Shown here one piece after another: positions 1 to 10,200 of a stretch of 64,000 nucleotides of DNA. How positions within the stretch are numbered: position 1 is the first letter of the stretch; every line of letters begins with the position of its first letter. The stretch is from Chitinophaga pinensis (lineage in GTDB: Bacteria; Verrucomicrobiota; Verrucomicrobiia; Limisphaerales; JAEYXS01), in contig CALRJY020000029.1 of the NCBI GenBank assembly GCA_943367715.1, forward strand, positions 41 through 64,040, in the 5' to 3' direction. Under the pieces are notes generated by a model. That model worked only from the letters and a program-made list of their open reading frames with translations. It did no database searches and had not been told where the DNA came from. Position numbers and translations under genes: made by a program.

Positions 1-338
1 TCAGTCCCACACAATGTAATATTGCGTTTCATTGAGCAAATTGTTCCCCGCACCCCGCGCTCCCCTCATCGTCAATTCCCGCCGCATCGTCTCTCGGCCA
101 TTTTTCCTCATCGCCTCGGGCTCATTGATCTTCCCTCCACCCTCCGCCTTTCCTGCTACCCCGTCAAGCCACTCCGTCATCCCTAAAGGGGCCACCCATA
201 TTGCCATATTCTCAAACACCACCAGACCACCAGACCGATCTTACTCCTTTCTGAGTTGTGATTCCTTACTAACCTCCCCACACTCCCGCACCTGACAGCT
301 CTTGATCCAAATCCGTAAAAATCAGTTCCACCTCAGAG

Positions 339-1433
339 ATGAAATCCCCCGCTCTTCTTTGCGCCCTCACCATTTTCCTCTCGGCCATCCTCTCCTCGCC
401 CGCCGCCGAGACCATCAAAACCAACGCCCCCTCCAAACCCCTCCCCATGGGCGTCTATCGCGGCGTGAACGAAACCGAAAAAGTCGATGCCTTCAGCCAA
501 TGGCTCGGCCGTCCCGTCTGGGGCGAGGATTTCATCGGTTGGGAAGCGTGGAGCAATGTCGCCTGGCCCGTCTGGTGGTTGGAGAAATGGTCCAAGTGGG
601 TTCACGCCCAGCCCGGTCGCCGCTTCATCTTCTCCGTCCCCATGCTCGCCGGTCCCAATGACGGCAGCGGCCCCACGAAGGGCGACAGTGGTGTGGGCGA
701 ACCCGTCTCGCTCGAGAAAGGCGCCTCCGGTGCTTACAATCATTACTACAAGACGCTCGCCGAGAACCTCGTTAAGCACAAACTTGCTGATACCATCCTG
801 CGCCCCGGCTGGGAATTCAACGGCAACTGGTATCCGTGGATGGCCAAGGGCAAGGAAGCCGCCTTCGCCGAATACTGGCGGCAGATCGTGAAGACCATGC
901 GCGCCGTGCCCGGCACCGAGAACCTAAAATTCTGCTGGAACCCCACCCTGCGCCTCGAACAATTCCCCTCCGAAAAAGCCTGGCCCGGAGCTGAGTTCGT
1001 GGACTACATCGGCCTCGATGTCTATGACGAATCATGGCAAGAGGGCAGCTACGTCTGGCCCGCTGGGACCAGTGCCGCCGAGATCCAAGTCCGCCAACGT
1101 AAGGTCTGGGAGAAGGAGATCTACGGTGGTGATCACGGCCTCGCCTTCTGGAGCAAATTCGCCAAAGAACAAAAACGTCCCCTCGCCCTCTGCGAATGGG
1201 GCGTGAAGAAACGCCCGACCGGTCACGGCGGCACGGATAACCCCCACTTCATCGAGCAGATGCACCGCTTCATGCAAGACCCGCAGAACAACGTCGCCTT
1301 CCACTGCTACTTCGACTTCAACTGCGAACCGCCCGACGGCCATCACCAGATCTCCCCGGATGCCAAAGGCGGCTACGAATTCCCCCGTTCCTCCGCGAAG
1401 TTCCTCGAACTCTTCGGCGGCAAGAAGAAGTAA
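339..1433 (+). CDS. secreted glycoside hydrolase, GH26-like (clan GH-A TIM barrel)
   Basis: 364-aa ORF with N-terminal signal peptide (MKSPALLCALTIFLSAILSSPAA). Motifs RPGWEFNGNWYPW, VDYIGLDVYD and LCEWGV resemble GH26-type catalytic-core motifs. Family assignment is by motif recall only. Confidence 0.55.
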   Translation: MKSPALLCALTIFLSAILSSPAAETIKTNAPSKPLPMGVYRGVNETEKVDAFSQWLGRPVWGEDFIGWEAWSNVAWPVWWLEKWSKWVHAQPGRRFIFSVPMLAGPNDGSGPTKGDSGVGEPVSLEKGASGAYNHYYKTLAENLVKHKLADTILRPGWEFNGNWYPWMAKGKEAAFAEYWRQIVKTMRAVPGTENLKFCWNPTLRLEQFPSEKAWPGAEFVDYIGLDVYDESWQEGSYVWPAGTSAAEIQVRQRKVWEKEIYGGDHGLAFWSKFAKEQKRPLALCEWGVKKRPTGHGGTDNPHFIEQMHRFMQDPQNNVAFHCYFDFNCEPPDGHHQISPDAKGGYEFPRSSAKFLELFGGKKK

Positions 1434-1605
1434 CTGGCCGCGTTTTCAGCGCCAATTCACCCCGGCCCAGTCGGGGCGGCGCGGCTCAGGTGGAGCGTGG
1501 GCGCCTCGCCCACAGCAACTCCCCTAAGCAAAGACGGGCCACCTTCGCCATCCAATCTCTCGCCCGAAATGCGTCGTTCTTCCGCTTACGGCCCCGCGGC
1601 CATGA

Positions 1606-2460
1606 TCAATCCACCGGAAAGAAATTCTCACACGCCTCCACGAACTTTATCTCCCCCCTCAATTCCAGATTCCCCGTGCGCGCATCCATCCCGATCTCCT
1701 GCGTCAGCACGAACCCCTCCAGTTCACCACGCTCGCAGCACATCGCGATCACCGCATCCGCCGGCAGCAACCCCTCACCCGTTTTCACCGTGCTGAGCTG
1801 GATGCACAGATGCGCCTCGTTCCCCAGCTTGCGTGCCCACGCCGTCACCCGCGCGATGACCTCCTCCTGATTCTTCGCCTCCTCGATCTTCGTCAGCTTC
1901 TGCTCCTCCCCCTCGTGCCAATACACGAACAACGGCAACTGATCATCCGCCAGCCATTGTGCCGCCGCCTTGAATACCGCCACCACCGCCTCCTGCATCT
2001 CCTCGCTCAACATCGGCTCCACCTCCGGCTCCTCCATTTTCGACTGGCTCCACGAACTTTCCGGGAACTCCGAGAAAACCACCGGTATCTCGACGGGCGG
2101 CTGCGTCTTCGTCACCAGATGCGTGATGTTCTGCATCTCCCGGGTGGGCTGCAGCTCACACACCACCTGCACAAAGAAATCCCCTGGTAACGCCCCCGGA
2201 CAGGCATCCGCCAATTGCCCCTTCACCACCGCCTCGCGATAGGTGAGCAATTTCCGTTGCAAGAGCGCGAGTCGCTCAGCCGGCTCCATGGTCACGCCCT
2301 CGTCCATGATGATCAGCCCGAAGCGCCCATCCGTCCCCCGCTGCGTGATCATGTCGATGGCATCAATCTCTTCCAGTGGCATGCGACCAAGGTTCCAACG
2401 ACCCGCCTCCCCCGCAACGCAAAATTCGCCCTCGTCGCAGCGACGCCCCTCACTACCCAT
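1606..2460 (-). CDS. hypothetical acidic cytoplasmic protein (two-domain)
   Basis: 284-aa ORF with ordinary, non-repetitive composition. It diverges from the 2701 gene across an AT-richer intergenic region. Start uncertain (alternative Met at 2382). No family recognised. Confidence 0.45.
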   Translation of the reverse strand: MGSEGRRCDEGEFCVAGEAGRWNLGRMPLEEIDAIDMITQRGTDGRFGLIIMDEGVTMEPAERLALLQRKLLTYREAVVKGQLADACPGALPGDFFVQVVCELQPTREMQNITHLVTKTQPPVEIPVVFSEFPESSWSQSKMEEPEVEPMLSEEMQEAVVAVFKAAAQWLADDQLPLFVYWHEGEEQKLTKIEEAKNQEEVIARVTAWARKLGNEAHLCIQLSTVKTGEGLLPADAVIAMCCERGELEGFVLTQEIGMDARTGNLELRGEIKFVEACENFFPVD

Positions 2461-2700
2461 CTTACTTTCTTAAAAAACTTCTCATTTTTTGCGGCCCGCC
2501 ATCCAATCTTTATTGTCCATTATATTGACATCGCTGCCTTGAATTTAGACTTAAATTCCGCCTCCAAGCCACCGATCGATAATTTTCTGCCCCTCTTTGC
2601 AGCCAAAACCGATCTTTCTCCTCTCTCTTCTGCCATTGGAACACAAACTGCTATTTGGCGGGGGAGCGAAAACGGGTTATTCTGGTTGGCTGATGGGACT

Positions 2701-3168
2701 ATGAAGCGGGCATACGAATCGATTGAAGGTTGGATGGCGCTGGGGAATTTGGAAGAGGCGGATTTGGAATTCCAAAAACTTCCCCGTCGTGCCCTGTCCA
2801 CCAAGCAGGGACTTTGGCTCTGGTTGCGCCTTTCCCGGAAGCTGGGGCGTTGGCTGGAGGTTCAGGCTGCCGCCCGCCAGTTGCAGGCGCTCTTTCCCTC
2901 TGCCACCCTGCCCATCCTGCATGAAGCGGAGGCCCTTCATTATCAGGAACAGACCATTCAGGCAGTGATGCTCCTCGCTTCCCGCGCCCCGGATTTCGCC
3001 GGGGAAAAATGGCCCATCTATCTTGCTTACCTGAAGAAATACGTGGCCTTGGCCGAGCTGACTCCTGAGCAGACCGCCATGTTCCAGGAGATCGTCCACC
3101 GCTCGGAAGCGAACGATCTTTCCTCCGGGGTCGCTATTCCCGTCGCTGTGGTCCCTCTCCCAGTCTGA
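2701..3168 (+). CDS. hypothetical helical (TPR-like) protein
   Basis: ATG at 2701 inside the longer 2215..3168 ORF. The upstream part of that ORF overlaps the 1606..2460 gene antisense and looks non-coding. The downstream part is helix-rich (GWMALGNLEEADLEFQKL...). Confidence 0.4.
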   Translation: MKRAYESIEGWMALGNLEEADLEFQKLPRRALSTKQGLWLWLRLSRKLGRWLEVQAAARQLQALFPSATLPILHEAEALHYQEQTIQAVMLLASRAPDFAGEKWPIYLAYLKKYVALAELTPEQTAMFQEIVHRSEANDLSSGVAIPVAVVPLPV

Positions 3169-3186
3169 TTATCGCCCGCGTTTCTT

Positions 3187-3537
3187 CTACGATAACGGGG
3201 TTTCTCCCTCGTCTTTTGTCTCCGGCGCATCCTTTTCAGCAGACCACAGTGACTCCAGTTTATCGAGGTCTTGCAGCGCGAAGTGCAGCGCCAATCCCCG
3301 ATGAACATTCTCGCTGTAATACCCCTCCACCGTCTTTTTGAGCGTGGTGATGACCGGCCTCATCAACGGCAGCACCCCTTCATACTCCGTCAGCACTCCG
3401 ATCTGGTAATAGGCCTCGGCCCCCTGTTTCGCATAGCTATCAGGCTTGGCCACCAGATCACCTTTGAGCTGAACTCGTAACGCTTCTAAAAGCTGAAGGT
3501 ATTTACTCCGGTTCAAGATGCCGCAACCTCGACCCAA
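3187..3537 (-). CDS. hypothetical protein
   Basis: 116-aa ORF with balanced composition, immediately downstream of and co-directional with the 3599..5119 gene. No family recognised. Confidence 0.35.
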   Translation of the reverse strand: MGRGCGILNRSKYLQLLEALRVQLKGDLVAKPDSYAKQGAEAYYQIGVLTEYEGVLPLMRPVITTLKKTVEGYYSENVHRGLALHFALQDLDKLESLWSAEKDAPETKDEGETPLS

Positions 3538-3598
3538 ATGTGCCTGTTTTCAACCCACAATTGGATGAAATCGGAACAGAATGGAGCCCCTATTCACC

Positions 3599-5119
3599 TT
3601 ACGGGTCCAGCCAGTCCGGCGTCTTCTTCTCCATCACCACTCTTTGCGTGACCGTCTCCGCAGATTTTACCGTTATCACGCCAAACCTCATCTTGGAAAC
3701 CGGCTCCACCGGCATCACCTGGTCATCATGCCAGATTGAGAAGTATTGATCCCCAGGCGGGAGTCCCCTGATGGTCGCTTTGCCCGCCGCATCCGTCCGT
3801 CTGGTGTAACGCCGATTTTGTTCCAGCCTGCCCCGCTTCACCTGCTGAGGATCCAAATTATCTTCGGTCCGAAACTCGTTGCCGAAAAAAACGGAGGAAG
3901 CCACGAAATAACCCACCCCCGGTTGAAAACTGATTGCCGCCCCTTGCACCGGTTTCCCCTCGGCGTCAACTAACCGGAGTTCGCCTTGCGCTTCCGGGAT
4001 CATCCTCACAATCGTATTGTCATCCCGCCACGGCCCTCCGGCCATGTTCTGAGCTTTGTAGAGGGAGGACTTCGGGGCCACATCCCCTTCAGACACATAA
4101 CCATCGCAGATCGCCGTCAGCTCCACATTGATTCGGGGCAGCGAGGTGAAGATGAATCTCCCTTCCTCATCCACCTCAACCCAGGTTTCCCACACACTTT
4201 CACCCGTGGCACACCACGCATGCACCCGCCCGTTTCTGACCGGTCGCGGCACATTGGCCGAAAGGTGCCCCGCCAAACGATGCCCCGGACTCAAGCGCAA
4301 TTCCACCCGGTTGGTATCTCCGGGACGGAGGATCTGGATTAGGCCCGGCCTTCGGCTCAAGACGGGCAGTCCGCTGAACAGCGGATCGCCCTGCTCAGGG
4401 ACATACGCCAGAAAAAAGGCATCCTCTTTCCCCATGGGAATCTGTGCATTGATCAAGGTTCCGTTCTTTGAAACCTTCCACGCCTCGTTTCGTTTGATCA
4501 ATTCCCGGCCGCTCACCACCAGAAGCCGTTTCGGATCGATCGGCGGTTGATCGGGCGCAAGGGTCACCTCCACGGTGATCGCCCGCTCCAGCTTGATGCC
4601 GCTCACCGGGGCACGTTCTCCAAAACTGCTGATGATCGATTGCACGATGTATTCAAAGGCCGCCCACGTGCCGGCCTTGGCGGGCGGTGAGCTGTCCACG
4701 TTACTACTCGTAACCAAAGGGGCATATCCATCCCGCCGGATATTGAGAGTGACCTCTTTGGTTTCCAGATTTTCAAAGACTCGCGTGGGCACATCAAATT
4801 TAACTAATCCGCTCGCGTCGGAAAAGAACGGCCCCTTCATCCCGTACAAATCTTCCTCCCAGGCCCAATAATAACCGCCCGTCTTGGAGGTCAGTCCATG
4901 CATGGTCACTTCGGCACCGGACACCGGCTTGCCCTGCGGATTTTCGATCCGCACGACCGTCATCAATCTTCGCGGCTGCATCACCCACACACCGATCAAC
5001 CCCATTATCAGCAACACATAGAGAACGCGCACCACCCGGTGAAACCAACGCGCCTGCCAACATGCCTGTTTGGAATTGCCTTGTACCGTTGAATTATTTT
5101 CCGGTTGTCCCATGGACAA
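3599..5119 (-). CDS. membrane-anchored protein with carboxypeptidase-regulatory-like beta-sandwich repeats
   Basis: 506-aa ORF. N-terminal TM anchor (VVRVLYVLLIMGLIGVWV). Recurring 'GKPV.GA.V...' strands (NPQGKPVSGAEVTMHG, DAEGKPVQGAAISFQPG) are typical of CarboxypepD_reg-like domains. Confidence 0.5.
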   Translation of the reverse strand: MSMGQPENNSTVQGNSKQACWQARWFHRVVRVLYVLLIMGLIGVWVMQPRRLMTVVRIENPQGKPVSGAEVTMHGLTSKTGGYYWAWEEDLYGMKGPFFSDASGLVKFDVPTRVFENLETKEVTLNIRRDGYAPLVTSSNVDSSPPAKAGTWAAFEYIVQSIISSFGERAPVSGIKLERAITVEVTLAPDQPPIDPKRLLVVSGRELIKRNEAWKVSKNGTLINAQIPMGKEDAFFLAYVPEQGDPLFSGLPVLSRRPGLIQILRPGDTNRVELRLSPGHRLAGHLSANVPRPVRNGRVHAWCATGESVWETWVEVDEEGRFIFTSLPRINVELTAICDGYVSEGDVAPKSSLYKAQNMAGGPWRDDNTIVRMIPEAQGELRLVDAEGKPVQGAAISFQPGVGYFVASSVFFGNEFRTEDNLDPQQVKRGRLEQNRRYTRRTDAAGKATIRGLPPGDQYFSIWHDDQVMPVEPVSKMRFGVITVKSAETVTQRVVMEKKTPDWLDP

Positions 5120-5189
5120 AAACCTCTTTTCGTTAAATCATCGGCGAACGGCATCAATCTGACCGCAATCACCTTTTCCAGCAACAGCT

Positions 5190-5744
5190 ATGATCACGCT
5201 CATCTCAGGAACCAATCGCGCCGACAGCAACACCCGCAAGGTCACCGCTGAGATCGAAGCCATCTACCGTGATCTCAAAGTCCAGACCCAGACGCTGGAC
5301 CTCACGCAACTCCCGGCGGAACTCTTCAACTCCGCCGCCTACGGGACGAAGCCCGCCGCCTTCACCCCTTTCAGCGATGGCGTGTTGAAAGCCGATGGCC
5401 TCGTCATCATCACCCCGGAATACAACGGCGGCATGCCTGGTGTGCTGAAATATTTCATCGATATGCTGAAATTCCCGGAAGCGTTTGAACATCGCCCGGT
5501 TTGCTTCGTGGGCTTGGCTGCCGGTATGTTCGGCGCACTCCGTCCCGTGGAACATCTCCAGCAAATCTTCGGTTACCGCAACGCCTACATCTATCCCAAC
5601 CGCGTCTTCATCCCCGGCGTCATGAACCAGCTCGATGCCACCGGAAAATTCAAAGACGCCGAACTCCGCGAACGCTTCGTCCAACAAGCGTCCGGTTTCG
5701 TCACCTTCGTCGAAAACGTAAAAGGCCTCAAACTCCGCGCCTGA
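5190..5744 (+). CDS. NAD(P)H-dependent FMN reductase family oxidoreductase
   Basis: 184 aa. MITLISGTNR...N-terminus and the ITPEYNGGMPGVLKYFID motif are characteristic of the FMN_red (PF03358-type) family. Confidence 0.8.
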   Translation: MITLISGTNRADSNTRKVTAEIEAIYRDLKVQTQTLDLTQLPAELFNSAAYGTKPAAFTPFSDGVLKADGLVIITPEYNGGMPGVLKYFIDMLKFPEAFEHRPVCFVGLAAGMFGALRPVEHLQQIFGYRNAYIYPNRVFIPGVMNQLDATGKFKDAELRERFVQQASGFVTFVENVKGLKLRA

Positions 5745-5807
5745 TCGTTAGCACTGTTGGGTATTGCACAGCGAGAAATTAAAGTGGCCCGGACACCGGA
5801 TTGTTCC

Positions 5808-6053
5808 ATGATTCAGGTAAGAAAGACATCTCCAAAGGAACTTAAAACACTTGGCGACCATTTGCGGAAAAGGCGGATGGAAACCAGCCTAACCCAAAGC
5901 CAAATCGCCGCCAAACTGGACATTCCACGCCTTCGCAAACAGGAGTTTGAGCGGGATGAAAGAACCCCATCGCAGGCCGACTGGAAGAAGTTATCGGCAG
6001 CGTTTGGGTTGTTAGCCCCTCAAGAACTGACCACACCCATCGGCGGAGTTTAA
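5808..6053 (+). CDS. small XRE-family helix-turn-helix protein (paralog 1)
   Basis: 81 aa from ATG 5808. LGDHLRKRRMETSLTQSQIAAKLDIPRLRKQEFERDERTPSQADWKKLSAAFGL fits the XRE/Cro HTH pattern. A paralog lies at 19723..19944. Confidence 0.55.
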   Translation: MIQVRKTSPKELKTLGDHLRKRRMETSLTQSQIAAKLDIPRLRKQEFERDERTPSQADWKKLSAAFGLLAPQELTTPIGGV

Positions 6054-6092
6054 TGTTGGGCATTACACGCCGTCACAATCGTCATAAGGGCC

Positions 6093-6310
6093 TCAATTAG
6101 AGAGATATGACTTGAGTTGCACCCATACCATCATGGTTTCGCGTATGGCTTCTAGGTGTGTCATTTGCGCGTCCGCCCATGCCTGACGGATACGCAGTAA
6201 CTCGCCCAAGCTAATGTCTCCCGCTGCGTAGCGGGCTTCCGCCAGTTCAGCGCGGTTTCTGCCTCGGGCAACACTTCAGTCTCGTATGCCTTGGAACGAC
6301 TAACGGCGGA
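6093..6310 (-). pseudogene. C-terminal remnant of a TolC/CzcC-family outer-membrane efflux protein (frameshifted)
   Basis: Two minus-strand frames joined by a 1-nt shift near 6232 read ...KAYETEVLPEAETALNWRK / ARYAAGDISLGELLRIRQAWADAQMTHLEAIRETMMVWVQLKSYLSN*. This matches the last ~70 aa pattern of CzcC/TolC-like proteins (..EVLP.AE.AL.....Y.AG.IS..ELL.A.......). No upstream body of the gene is present. Confidence 0.55.
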
Positions 6311-6479
6311 AAACTTGTATCTGCCTGCCTGACAAAAAGAACTAATCCCAAACTGGGGCCTTTTGGGAATCAGACTTAAGTTGTCCGCCACAGAGCTATC
6401 TCAACAGTAGCCTTGCTGACATAGCTCGTTTGTCTCGTTGCCTTTTCAGAAGTGCCCTGTAGTCTCGGACGATTGCGCG

Positions 6480-7229
6480 ATGCAGAGTGACACCGACACT
6501 GCTGGGGATGTAGCCAGGTCGCCACGTACCTTTTGCACTACCATGTGGCTGGTCGTACAGGAGGCCGGCCAGGTGGATTCTCAACGGTCTGCGGAGGCTC
6601 TGGCGCAACTTTGCCATGCCTACTGGTATCCGCTTTATGCCTTCGTACGGCGGCAGGGATATTCCCCCGAACAATCGCAGGATCTTACGCAGGAATTCTT
6701 TCGCCGCCTGATCGAAAAGAAAAGCTTCCAGGCCGCCGACCCCGCTCGCGGACGTTTCCGCTCCTTTCTGCTTTCTTCCCTCCGGAACTTTCTCGCCAAC
6801 GAATGGGAGCGAGCTCGCACCCAGAAACGTGGTGGCAATGCCATCAGCTTTTCCCTCGATGCCGTGAATGCCGAGGAGCAATACCAGCTCGAGCCATCCG
6901 ACGGGCGCACCCCGGAAACCATCTACGACCAGCGTTGGGCCTATGCCTTGTTAGAACGCGTCATGACGCAGCTACGGGAAGAGTTCACCGAATCAGGCAA
7001 AGCCGACCGCTTTGAAGCGTTCAGCACCTTCTTGTTGGACGATAATTCCGCCTCGCAGGCGGAGCTGGCTGTAGCCTTGAGGATGACGGAAAGCGCAGTG
7101 AAGTCGGCGATCCACCGTCTGCGCCAGCGGTATGGTGAACTGTTACGGCAGGAAGTGGCCCACACCGTAAGCCGCCCGGAGGACGTGGAGCGTGAAATTG
7201 TTGAACTATTTGAAAGTTTGGGTCGTTGA
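6480..7229 (+). CDS. ECF-type RNA polymerase sigma-70 family factor (kinase-associated type)
   Basis: ORF 6438..7229; likely ATG at 6480. Region 2 reads YWYPLYAFVRRQGYSPEQSQDLTQEFF. Region 4 HTH reads SQAELAVALRMTESAVKSAIHRLRQRYGE. About 50% identical by eye to the 34146..34994 product. The kinase gene follows after 41 nt. Confidence 0.85.
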   Translation: MQSDTDTAGDVARSPRTFCTTMWLVVQEAGQVDSQRSAEALAQLCHAYWYPLYAFVRRQGYSPEQSQDLTQEFFRRLIEKKSFQAADPARGRFRSFLLSSLRNFLANEWERARTQKRGGNAISFSLDAVNAEEQYQLEPSDGRTPETIYDQRWAYALLERVMTQLREEFTESGKADRFEAFSTFLLDDNSASQAELAVALRMTESAVKSAIHRLRQRYGELLRQEVAHTVSRPEDVEREIVELFESLGR

Positions 7230-7270
7230 TCGCGAAACCTTGGAAGCTTTTTCCGGTATAGCCTGTTGAA

Positions 7271-10200
7271 ATGGCAGTTTCTGCACCCAGTTTGAGATGC
7301 CGTAAATGCGGTGTCGCGCTGTCGTCATCTGGCACTACCGGCTTTTGCGCCCGTTGCCTGCTGGGTGGGGTCATGACTCCAAAACCGGGAACCCCTCCGC
7401 TTACCACCGTCATTCTGCCGAAGGTTCAGGATATTCGCCACCCCAGCCCGCCCATCACTGGCCGGCTCGGCGACTACGAAATCGTCGGGGAGGTCGCTCG
7501 CGGGGGAATGGGCGTGGTTTATAAAGCCCTAGACACCCGGACCGGAAGAACCGTCGCCCTGAAGATGATCCTCGCGGAAAGTCTCGGCGACATCTCCTTG
7601 AAGCGGTTCCAGAGTGAGGCCAGTGCTGCCGCCGCACTGGATCACCCGAACATCGTGCCGATATACGAAGTCGGCGAGACCGGCGGCCAGCCGTTCTTCA
7701 CGATGAAGCTGATTGAAGGCGGGAATCTGTCGTCCCGCCTCACCTCGTTTCATAAACACTTGCGTAAAGGTGTGGCCTTGCTGGCCAAGGTGGCGCGTGC
7801 CGTTCATCACGCTCACCAACGAGGCGTCCTGCACCGTGATCTGAAACCCAGCAACATCCTCGTAAACAATGAGGATGAACCCTTCGTCACCGATTTCGGC
7901 CTGGCGCGCCGGTTCGATGAGCAGAGTAACCTGACCCTGACCGGAACCCTCATTGGCACGCCTAATTTTATTGCTCCCGAGCTGCTGGGAAATCGACGGC
8001 AATCACTCACCACCGCTTCCGATATTTTCAGTCTCGGGGGGATTCTCTACAATGTCCTCACCGGACAGCCGCCCTTTCATTCTGAAAGTCTTTTTGAACT
8101 CCTCCATGGCGTCCAGCATACCGAGCCGCAACGCCCCTCCCTCCTCAATCAGCAGGTGGATGCCGACCTTGAGACGATCTGTTTGAAATGTCTCGAGAAA
8201 GATCCGCGCAACCGTTACCGCTCCGCTTTGGAACTGGCGGAAGATCTGGAGCGCTGGCTGGGGCATGAAACCATCGTGGCCCGTCGCGCCACTCCCGCTG
8301 AACGGGCCGTGAAGTGGGCCCGCCGCCGTCCCTTGGTGGCGGCTTTATCGGCGGCCATCATCTTGGCGGTCATCGGCGGCATTGTCGGAATCACCTTTCA
8401 GTGGCAGGAAGCCGAACACGCCCGAAAAATTGCCGAAGATAATCGCCAGGCGGAAAAACTGGCAAAGGAAGATGCCGAACGACAGCGCGCCAAGGCTGAG
8501 GAAGCCTTGAGCGATACCGCCGCCATGCTGACCGACAGTGAACTGGAAAAAGCAGATGCATTGCTGGCCGCCGGAGATTCCGGCGGCGGCTTGTCCTATC
8601 TGGCCCGCGTTCTCCGTCGCCAACCGGGCAACCTGGTGGCCTCAGGTCGTATCATGTCTTTCCTGCGTCAACGCAGCGTGGCTCTGCCGGAGATCTTAAG
8701 CTCTGCCAATCAATCTATGGTGCTTGATGCCGCCTTAAGCCAAGACGGCAACTGCCTCGTCACCGCTATCGATAAACCGGGCAACAATATCCAGATCACC
8801 CATTTCGATGCTTCAGCTCGCCTCCGAACCGCAACCCATGCTTTCGATACATTAGCCACCACCGCTGGCAAAGGCTCCGGACCATTCTTTGGCAAAGGAG
8901 TCGTCAGAACCAAGGCCCAGGCCAACACTCCCGAAGGAGACGGATTTCGGCTGGGCAACCCAACGGCTGCACGCCCCCGGCTGCCCATCATCGCAGGCTT
9001 TTTTTCCATTTCCTTCAGTCCCGATGATAAGCGCATCGTGTCCGCCGCCAATTCAGGCACCGTGCAGGTGTGGGATGCCTTCACCGGCGCAGCCGTCACG
9101 CCGGTATTGCAAACGGGTTCTCCCGTCGTCAGTGCGGCGCTTACGACAGGGGGCCGGTCGGTAGCGGCCGTGAGCCGCATGGGCAGAATGCAGGTATGGA
9201 ATCTCGCCACGGGTGAAGTCACCCAGGACGTGAAACTCCTCTCCTTGATTATTTCCGCCACGTTCAGCCCGGACGCTTCGCACGTCCTCCTCATCCGGGT
9301 GCCTGGGATTGCGCAGATATGGGATGTCCGTACCGGCAAGGTGGTCACGACACTTGAACACGAAGGCCTGGCTAATCACACGGCTTGGAGCAGTGATGGC
9401 CAAGTCGTTGCTCTCGCTGCGGAATCGGAGGTGAATGTGTGGCGTCTTGATCAGGGAAGTGGCAGTGCCTCGCGCATGAAACATCCACTGCCGGTCGCCA
9501 CACTGGTCTTGAATGCAGATGGTAGCAAGCTCGTCACCGGGTCCGATGATCAGTTTGCCCGGGTCTGGGATACCCGGACCGGCGAGCAATTGGTCCCGCC
9601 GCTGGAACACGCGGATGCCGTCCGTTTCATCACGTTCTCGGCTGACGGCAGGAAAATCGCCACCATCTCCCAAGGCAACGCCATCCGTGTCTTTGACACC
9701 CTCACGGGCCGGCCCGTTTGCGAGCCGATGCAACTTCGCAGCCCGGGTGTCTTCGCCCAGTTCACCCCGGGCGGTCGGGCCTTGATCGTGCTGTGCAGTG
9801 ATAGCACGATTTCACGCCACACCTTTGTCAGCCCGCCACCACCCATCGTTGCTCTGACTGATGCAGGGCGAGTTCGCTCGGCCAGCTTCAGCCCGGATGG
9901 GCGGATGCTCCTCACGGCTTCAGCCAATGGTCGCGCTCAACTTTGGGACGTGACTTCGGGTCGGAGCATACGGACTTTGGATCACGACTCTCCCCTTGTC
10001 AGTGCTGCTATGAATGCCGACGGATCACAGATCGTCACTGCGGGAACGGATCAAATGGTCCGGCTGTGGGAAACCCGTTCCGGCCGGCTGCTGGGACAGT
10101 CATTGCACGAATCCAACCGTATTTTCTCTGTCCGCTTCCGCTCTGACGAGCAGGTGGCCATCTCGACCGTCAGTGGCTTGGGCACTGTGTGGAAGCCCCG

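Larger units (their letters stand above)
5746..6450. repeat. cassette-head repeat, copy A (XRE gene plus tail leading into the sigma gene)
   Basis: Aligns with 19660..20130: identical cgt(t)tagcactgttgggtattgcacagcgagaaat head, paralogous HTH ORF, gttgggcattacac motif, and ctgcctgcctgacaaaa...ccttttgg.aatcagact...ccacagagctat...ttttcaga tail. Copy A carries about 250 bp (TolC-like remnant) that copy B lacks. Confidence 0.8.

Noticed and set aside
1-295. Short ORFs 1..222 (-) and 32..295 (+) at the window edge
   Set aside because: Both have odd Pro/Ser/Arg-rich or unstructured composition and no motifs, and they overlap each other. There is insufficient evidence to call either one.
6161-6391. 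76-aa ORF as a real gene
   Set aside because: Its C-terminal half plus an alternative frame reconstructs a TolC/CzcC C-terminus with a frameshift. Its N-terminal half lies in the non-coding repeat tail. It is annotated as a pseudogene remnant instead.
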